Assembly (NCBI RefSeq): GCF_000015585.1
Contig: NC_008789.1
Location: forward strand, 1,860,001-1,892,000
DNA from: Halorhodospira halophila SL1
GTDB taxonomy: Bacteria; Pseudomonadota; Gammaproteobacteria; Nitrococcales; Halorhodospiraceae
Length of the DNA stretch: 32,000 nucleotides
Reading direction: 5' to 3'
Numbering within the stretch: position 1 is the stretch's first letter; each line of letters starts with the position of its first letter. Below, in pieces: positions 27,568 through 32,000 of this stretch. The notes beneath the pieces are model-generated. The model did not search any database. It was not told the origin of the DNA and was given only the letters and a program-made list of their open reading frames with translations. A program made the translations under genes and the position numbers.

Positions 27568-28668
27568 CTAGCGCGTGGCCACCCGATTACGGCCCCGCCC
27601 GGCTGCGCTGCCCCCCCGCGCGCCGGCCGCAGCCGGTGCAAAGATCAGCCAGGCGAAGAGCACCGGGGCCACATCGACGAACACGCCGAGGATCACCGAC
27701 ACCGCCGTCACCCCGGGATTGGGGCGATCCACAAAGCCGTCGCGCACACTGATGGGGATTTCACCGAGCTTGTCCAGGTCCGAGCGGATGACACGGTGCT
27801 GGACAACGGCCTCTTCGGGTAGGAGCACATTGGCGCGACGCTGCACCTCGCGCGAATGGGTACGCAGGTCGGCGATGATCTCGAAATCCCGATGCTCAAG
27901 CAGGGCACGATCACGCTGCTCCAGCTCCTCGGCCAGCGCCCGGTAGGGATCGTCGTAACGATCTAGAAGCCCATCGATCTGCCCGATCAGCTCTCGGGCC
28001 CGGTGGTACGCGGCGGGCACGACGCCGTTCTCGAAGTCGTTGATAACCGCCGCACGAAAGTGCTCATACCAGCGTTCGTTGGCCTCGTCGCCGGCGTCCG
28101 GCGACGGCACGGCGAGCTCTGTGGGCGTCCCACCAAGCTGGTCGTGGATCTCCTCGATATGCTCGCGGCAGCGCGCCCCGCAACCCGGGCGCAGCGGATC
28201 GTTGATCTGGGTGTCGAGGTTGTCGAGCGAGCGGGCCAATTCGCGCCGCTGTTCGGCCACCTGCTCGATGACCGGCGCATCGGCCAGTGCGTTGCGCGTC
28301 GCGGTAAGATCGTCGCGGAAGACCGAGAACTGGTCGCTGACCACGCGCTCGGCCATGTCGCGCTCCATGAAGTTGGTGTAGAGGAAGTTGTAGTTACTCG
28401 CGCCACTGAAAAAGGCAACGATGACAAAGAACGCCAGAGGCTTGAGCGGACTGCGCCCCTCGAGCCGAAAGCGGCGCAGCAGCATGTCGGTCCCGAACAG
28501 GAAGATGCCCAACAGGATGGCGAAGAAGATGGCCAGTTCCTGCAAGTGGCTATAGTAGCCGTAGTAAGAGAGGTAGACGCTGATCCCGACGCAGATGGCG
28601 GTCGCCACCACGTACATCAGGGTATAGAGACTGCGACCCGACATCGGCACGACCCGAACGGCGCTCAT
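27568..28668 (-). CDS. Polytopic membrane protein (3 N-terminal TM helices, a helical domain of about 220 aa, 1 C-terminal TM helix); first gene of the cassette
   Basis: 366 aa. TM helices lie at about residues 14-37, 42-63, 75-96 and 322-345. The cytoplasmic-type loop is RRFRLEGR and the tail is basic (GRGRNRVATR). The central helical domain carries a CGARC pair. Confidence 0.75.
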   Translation of the reverse strand: MSAVRVVPMSGRSLYTLMYVVATAICVGISVYLSYYGYYSHLQELAIFFAILLGIFLFGTDMLLRRFRLEGRSPLKPLAFFVIVAFFSGASNYNFLYTNFMERDMAERVVSDQFSVFRDDLTATRNALADAPVIEQVAEQRRELARSLDNLDTQINDPLRPGCGARCREHIEEIHDQLGGTPTELAVPSPDAGDEANERWYEHFRAAVINDFENGVVPAAYHRARELIGQIDGLLDRYDDPYRALAEELEQRDRALLEHRDFEIIADLRTHSREVQRRANVLLPEEAVVQHRVIRSDLDKLGEIPISVRDGFVDRPNPGVTAVSVILGVFVDVAPVLFAWLIFAPAAAGARGGSAAGRGRNRVATR

Positions 28669-28751
28669 CTTGGAGCCTGAGCATGATCCCTTAGTCTCCT
28701 ACGGCGCGGGGGCCCAAAGCTAGTACCCGCGTCATACCGGCGCGGCCGCCC

Positions 28752-30140
28752 CTACAGGCCGTAGATCAGGGAAGCGATGGCGAAGTAGTTCAGCACCCCG
28801 AGTACGTCGATCGCCGTGGTCACGAAGGGGCCCGTAGCCACGGCGGGATCGGCCTTCAACCGGACGAATAGCATGGGCAGCGAGACCGCCAGCAGCGCGG
28901 CACCGGTCATATTGGTCAGGATGGTGAGGCCGACGACCTGTCCGAGTTGAAGGCTGTCATACACCCAGAAGCCGTAGGCAGCCAGGATCACGCCGTAGAA
29001 GGCGCCCAGCAGCAGACCCACCCGTAGCTCCTTGAAGACCATAACCAAGGTATCGCGGGGGTTGATCGCCCCGGTAGCCAAACCGCGCACCGTCACGGTG
29101 GCCGACTGCACCCCGACATTGCCCGCCATGCCGATGATAATCGGGACGAAGGCACTGAGGATGATAACCTGGGCAAGCACCTCCTCGTACTGCCCGATGA
29201 CTGCGGTGGCACCGAGCCCACCGAGGAAGGCGGCGAACAACCACGGCAGCCGCACGCCGGCAATGCGGAACACCGAATCGGTCAGCATCTCCGACTGGCG
29301 AGTACCGGCCATGCGCAGCATGTCCTCGGTGGTCGATTCGCCGATCACATCGATGATGTCGTCAACGGTGATGATGCCGACCAGCACGTCGTTGTCGTCG
29401 ACCACGGGCAAAGCCAGTAGGCGATACTTGTCGAAGAGCCGGGAGACCTGCTCCTCCTCGGTGTCGGTGCGTACGCGGATCACCCGGCCGCTCATCACAT
29501 CTGCCACTTGAGCATCGCTCGGCGCGAGCAGGAGTTGACGCAGCGAGATGACGCCGGTCAGCCGCCCCTCCTCTCCGGTCAGGAACAGGTAGAAGACCAT
29601 CTCCGCGTCGGCGTAACCGCGCAGGGCCTCGATCGCCTCCTGCACCGTGCACGCCTCGGGCAACGAGAAAAACTCCGTAGTCATGATGCCGCCGGCGCTG
29701 CCCGGATCGTGGGCCAGCAGGGTATCGAGCTCGCTGCGACTTTCCGCATCCAGGGCGGACAGCGGATGGTCGCGCTGCTCATCGGGCAGAGCCTGGATCA
29801 GGTCGGTCAGGTCGTCCGGCCGGAAGTTTTCCAGCAACTCGGCCAGGTCCTTGTGCGGTAGCGCCTCAACGATCTGGTGCCGTATCGCCAGCGGCATCTT
29901 GTTGACGATCTGCGCAGCGTGGCGCAGATCGCTCACCGCCTGGAGCGTATCCACCACCTGCGGCACCGGCAGCTCGACCAGCACGGCGGCTGCATCGGCG
30001 GCGTGCAGACGGCGGATCAGTCGTTCCAGGGGGCGCCAGGATCCGCGCAGGTAGAGTTTGGTGAAGGTCTCGACCAAGCGGCGTTTGCGTTCATCGTAGA
30101 CGCCTGGGTCCGCCGGAGCGGCAGCTAAATCGATTTGCAC
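28752..30140 (-). CDS. mgtE: MgtE-family magnesium transporter
   Basis: MgtE N-domain motifs LHAADAAAVLVELP and RPDDLTDLIQALPDEQR. Tandem CBS domains follow GGIMTTEFFSLP. The C-terminal TM domain contains IIGMAGNVGVQSATV and ATGPFVTTAIDVLG. I place the start at GTG 30140 (463 aa). The track start 30326 adds 62 Arg-rich, non-protein-like codons that overlap the upstream gene. Confidence 0.9.
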   Translation of the reverse strand: MQIDLAAAPADPGVYDERKRRLVETFTKLYLRGSWRPLERLIRRLHAADAAAVLVELPVPQVVDTLQAVSDLRHAAQIVNKMPLAIRHQIVEALPHKDLAELLENFRPDDLTDLIQALPDEQRDHPLSALDAESRSELDTLLAHDPGSAGGIMTTEFFSLPEACTVQEAIEALRGYADAEMVFYLFLTGEEGRLTGVISLRQLLLAPSDAQVADVMSGRVIRVRTDTEEEQVSRLFDKYRLLALPVVDDNDVLVGIITVDDIIDVIGESTTEDMLRMAGTRQSEMLTDSVFRIAGVRLPWLFAAFLGGLGATAVIGQYEEVLAQVIILSAFVPIIIGMAGNVGVQSATVTVRGLATGAINPRDTLVMVFKELRVGLLLGAFYGVILAAYGFWVYDSLQLGQVVGLTILTNMTGAALLAVSLPMLFVRLKADPAVATGPFVTTAIDVLGVLNYFAIASLIYGL

Positions 30141-30523
30141 GGCTTCCCCTGGGGCTCCAAATCCTCGAACATCGACCAGTAGGCGTAGGCGTCGAAGATG
30201 GCCACGATGCGTAGGATGCGCCCTTGCTCGACCTGCGCCCAGTGGGCCAGGTCGATCTGTTGCTTGTCGGAGAGTTGGATGCAGTAGCGCAGGAAGTGGC
30301 AGACATCGGGACCGTCTACAAAGCACTTGACCACCTGCCGCTGCTGGACAATCGACCCGCCGACCATGGCGTGATCCAGCAGGTCTTCGGCCCGAGTGTA
30401 GCTGGCGATGGGACTCTCGTAGCGAAACCCCTGCCCGGCGAGGCAGGCGCGCGCGGCCTCGTAATCCCGGTCCTCGAGGGCCTGCAGATAACGCTCGACC
30501 GTCGCCTTCGGGTCCGTGCCCAT
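30125..30523 (-). CDS. Small NTF2-like/SnoaL-like fold protein
   Basis: Reads MGTDPKATVERYLQALEDRDYEAARACLA...F.YESP, the usual opening of SnoaL/NTF2-like domains. ATG 30523 has a GGGAGAG SD 5 nt upstream (track start 30544). Its 3' end overlaps the mgtE start by 16 nt. Confidence 0.6.
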   Translation of the reverse strand: MGTDPKATVERYLQALEDRDYEAARACLAGQGFRYESPIASYTRAEDLLDHAMVGGSIVQQRQVVKCFVDGPDVCHFLRYCIQLSDKQQIDLAHWAQVEQGRILRIVAIFDAYAYWSMFEDLEPQGKPCKSI

Positions 30524-30544
30524 GGACACTCTCCCTGATCCCAT

Positions 30545-30584
30545 CTACCAGGGTGATGAAAAAGTCTTTTCATCACCCTGGTAG
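30545..30584. repeat. Perfect 18-bp stem / 4-nt loop palindrome 22 nt upstream of the NTF2-like start
   Basis: CTACCAGGGTGATGAAAA - AGTC - TTTTCATCACCCTGGTAG, read directly. Confidence 0.85.
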
Positions 30585-30585
30585 A

Positions 30586-30613
30586 AGCGGAACCCGCAGG
30601 TTCCGCTTGTTTT
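30586..30613 (+). terminator. Intrinsic-terminator-like hairpin oriented for the plus strand
   Basis: AGCGGAACC - CGCA - GGTTCCGCT followed by TGTTTT. The T-run follows the stem only in the plus orientation. No plus-strand gene lies upstream. Confidence 0.5.
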
Positions 30614-30631
30614 AAAAAGACCGAACTCACT

Positions 30632-30657
30632 GCTTTTCCAGGCTTGCCAGGAAAAGC
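30632..30657. repeat. Hairpin: 8 bp, an A.A mismatch, then 2 bp, with a CTTG loop
   Basis: GCTTTTCCAGG - CTTG - CCAGGAAAAGC, read directly. Confidence 0.7.
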
Positions 30658-30669
30658 TTCATCCTGGTC

Positions 30670-30685
30670 CACCGCGTCAGCGGTG
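30670..30685. repeat. Short hairpin: 6-bp stem, 4-nt loop
   Basis: CACCGC - GTCA - GCGGTG. Confidence 0.6.
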
Positions 30686-30687
30686 AA

Positions 30688-30722
30688 AGCAGGCTGCTGA
30701 AAAGGGTTTTCAGCAGCCTGCT
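30688..30722 (-). terminator. Probable gshA terminator hairpin: 16-bp stem overlapping the stop codon
   Basis: AGCAGGCTGCTGAAAA - GGG - TTTTCAGCAGCCTGCT. On the minus strand it begins inside the TAG stop and is followed by CTTTC, a weak U-tract. Confidence 0.6.
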
Positions 30723-32000
30723 AGTAGGCGTACTCCGTGAAGATCGGATCCAGCGATCCGCCCCAGCGCCCGTGGTAGGCACTCAGCAGGTCCTCGGCGG
30801 GGGTCCGCCCTGCATCGACGATCTCCCAGAGCCGCTCCAGGTGGCGGCGCTCATCCCGCCCCCGCTGATCCAGACGCTGGCGGTTGCGCAGTCCGTCGCT
30901 GGCGATGGTGAGCACCTCCCGGGCCAATGCCCCCACAGTCGTCTCGCGGAACGGGGTGTGCAGCGCCGTTCGCGGGACCTCGTGGCGCAGGGCGCGCATC
31001 TCCTCAACACTCCAGTCACGAATCAACGCCTCGGCCGCAGCCAGGGCCGCGTCATCGTAGAGCAGCCCCGTCCACAGTGCCGGCAGCGCGCACAACCCCC
31101 GCCACGGGCCACCGTCCGCCCCGCGCATCTCCAGAAACTGCTTGAGCCGCACCTCGGGGAAGAGCGTCGTCAGATGGTCGTCCCAGTCACTGAGTGTCGG
31201 CCGCTCTCCCGGCAACTGCGGCAGTCGCCCCGCCATGAAATCGCGGAACGACTCGCCGGCGCAGTCGATGTACTGGCCATCGCGATAGACGAAATACATG
31301 GGTACATCGAGCACGTAGTCCACATAGCGCTCGAACCCCATACCGGACTCGAAGACGAAGTCGAGCATGCCGCAGCGATCGGGGTCGGTGTCTTCCCACA
31401 CCCGGCTGCGGTAGCTGAGATAGCCGTTGGGCTGGCCATTGGTGAACGGCGAGTTGGCAAACAGCGCAGTGGCGATCGGCTGCAGGGCCAGGCCGACCCG
31501 GAACTTGCGGACCATGTCCGCCTCACTGGAGAAGTCCAGATTCACCTGTACCGTGCAGGTGCGCAGCATCATATCCAGCCCCAGGTGACCCACCTTGGGC
31601 ATGTAGCGGCCCATCACGCCGTAACGCGCCTTGGGCATCCAGGGGATCTGCTCGCGCCGCCAAACCGGGTGAAAACCGAACCCTGAGAACCCGATCTGCA
31701 GCTCGCGGGCCACGGTGTCCACCTGCTGCAGATGCTCCCGGACCTCCACACAGGCCTCGTGCAGGGTCTCGAGCTGCGCCCCGGAGAGCTCCACCTGTCC
31801 GCCGGGCTCAAGGCTGACCGAGGCACCGCCCTCGCGCTTGAGGGCGATCACCCGTCCATCCTCGTGCACCGGCTGCCAGCCGAAGCGCACCAGCCCTTCG
31901 AGGAAGGCGCCGATGCCGCGCTCCCCCGCGTACGGCACCGGGCTGAAGTCTTCCAGATGGTGGACGAACTTCTCATGTTCGGTGCCGATCCGCCACTGCT
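30721..32000 (-). CDS. gshA: Glutamate--cysteine ligase, plant/proteobacterial GCS2 type; the N-terminus runs off the right window edge
   Basis: Reads [53 protein letters not shown] and a C-terminal IFTEYAY. The frame stays open upstream of the track ATG (31938) to position 32000, reading ...[22 protein letters not shown], so the true start lies outside the window. Confidence 0.9.
   Translation of the reverse strand, partial: QWRIGTEHEKFVHHLEDFSPVPYAGERGIGAFLEGLVRFGWQPVHEDGRVIALKREGGASVSLEPGGQVELSGAQLETLHEACVEVREHLQQVDTVARELQIGFSGFGFHPVWRREQIPWMPKARYGVMGRYMPKVGHLGLDMMLRTCTVQVNLDFSSEADMVRKFRVGLALQPIATALFANSPFTNGQPNGYLSYRSRVWEDTDPDRCGMLDFVFESGMGFERYVDYVLDVPMYFVYRDGQYIDCAGESFRDFMAGRLPQLPGERPTLSDWDDHLTTLFPEVRLKQFLEMRGADGGPWRGLCALPALWTGLLYDDAALAAAEALIRDWSVEEMRALRHEVPRTALHTPFRETTVGALAREVLTIASDGLRNRQRLDQRGRDERRHLERLWEIVDAGRTPAEDLLSAYHGRWGGSLDPIFTEYAY

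Noticed and set aside
28003-28680. 225-aa plus-strand ORF opposite the cassette membrane gene, and the 304-aa ORF 30772..31686 opposite gshA
   Set aside because: These are antisense shadows. The opposite frames encode coherent TM helices and gshA motifs respectively.
30524-30720. M-box (ykoK) Mg2+ riboswitch upstream of the mgtE operon
   Set aside because: The minus-strand leader shows none of the conserved M-box sequence blocks I remember. It consists of perfect palindromes, which is unlike riboswitch helices. An Rfam scan would settle this.

Overview
Densely coding, high-GC bacterial chromosomal segment. It is probably a gammaproteobacterium, because the SprT and YceB/DUF1439 products align by eye to the E. 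coli proteins; I cannot name the genus. I support 20 protein genes, two of them truncated at the window edges, and one tRNA-Leu(CAA). I saw no rRNA, CRISPR array, transposase or integrase.

Gene content, left to right:
- A PAS-GGDEF-EAL gene (partial).
- A TauE/SafE permease.
- A minus-strand operon: yceB-like lipoprotein, UvrD-family helicase, then a MrfA/YprA-like DEXH helicase with a DUF1998 Cys cluster.
- Diverging from it, a plus-strand operon with overlapping stop/start codons: SbcD/YhaO-like phosphoesterase, a 1180-aa SbcC/YhaN-like SMC-type ATPase, then sprT.
- queA overlapping the end of an MCP gene, then tRNA-Leu.
- A second PAS-GGDEF-EAL gene downstream of a CheB-CheR-PAS fusion.
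- A Lon-like protease overlapping a tandem-USP gene.
- An uncharacterised three-gene cassette: polytopic membrane protein, P-loop NTPase with GTPase-like motif order, and an orphan protein.
- An NTF2-like gene overlapping mgtE, a hairpin-packed spacer, and plant-type gshA (partial).

The two best candidates for undescribed biology are:
1. The membrane / GTPase-like / orphan cassette at 25709..28668.
2. The nuclease-ATPase-SprT operon set head to head with the two-helicase operon at 3181..14057.

All family assignments come from reading motifs in the translations; no database search was possible. Hand-located motif coordinates may be off by 1-2 nt.
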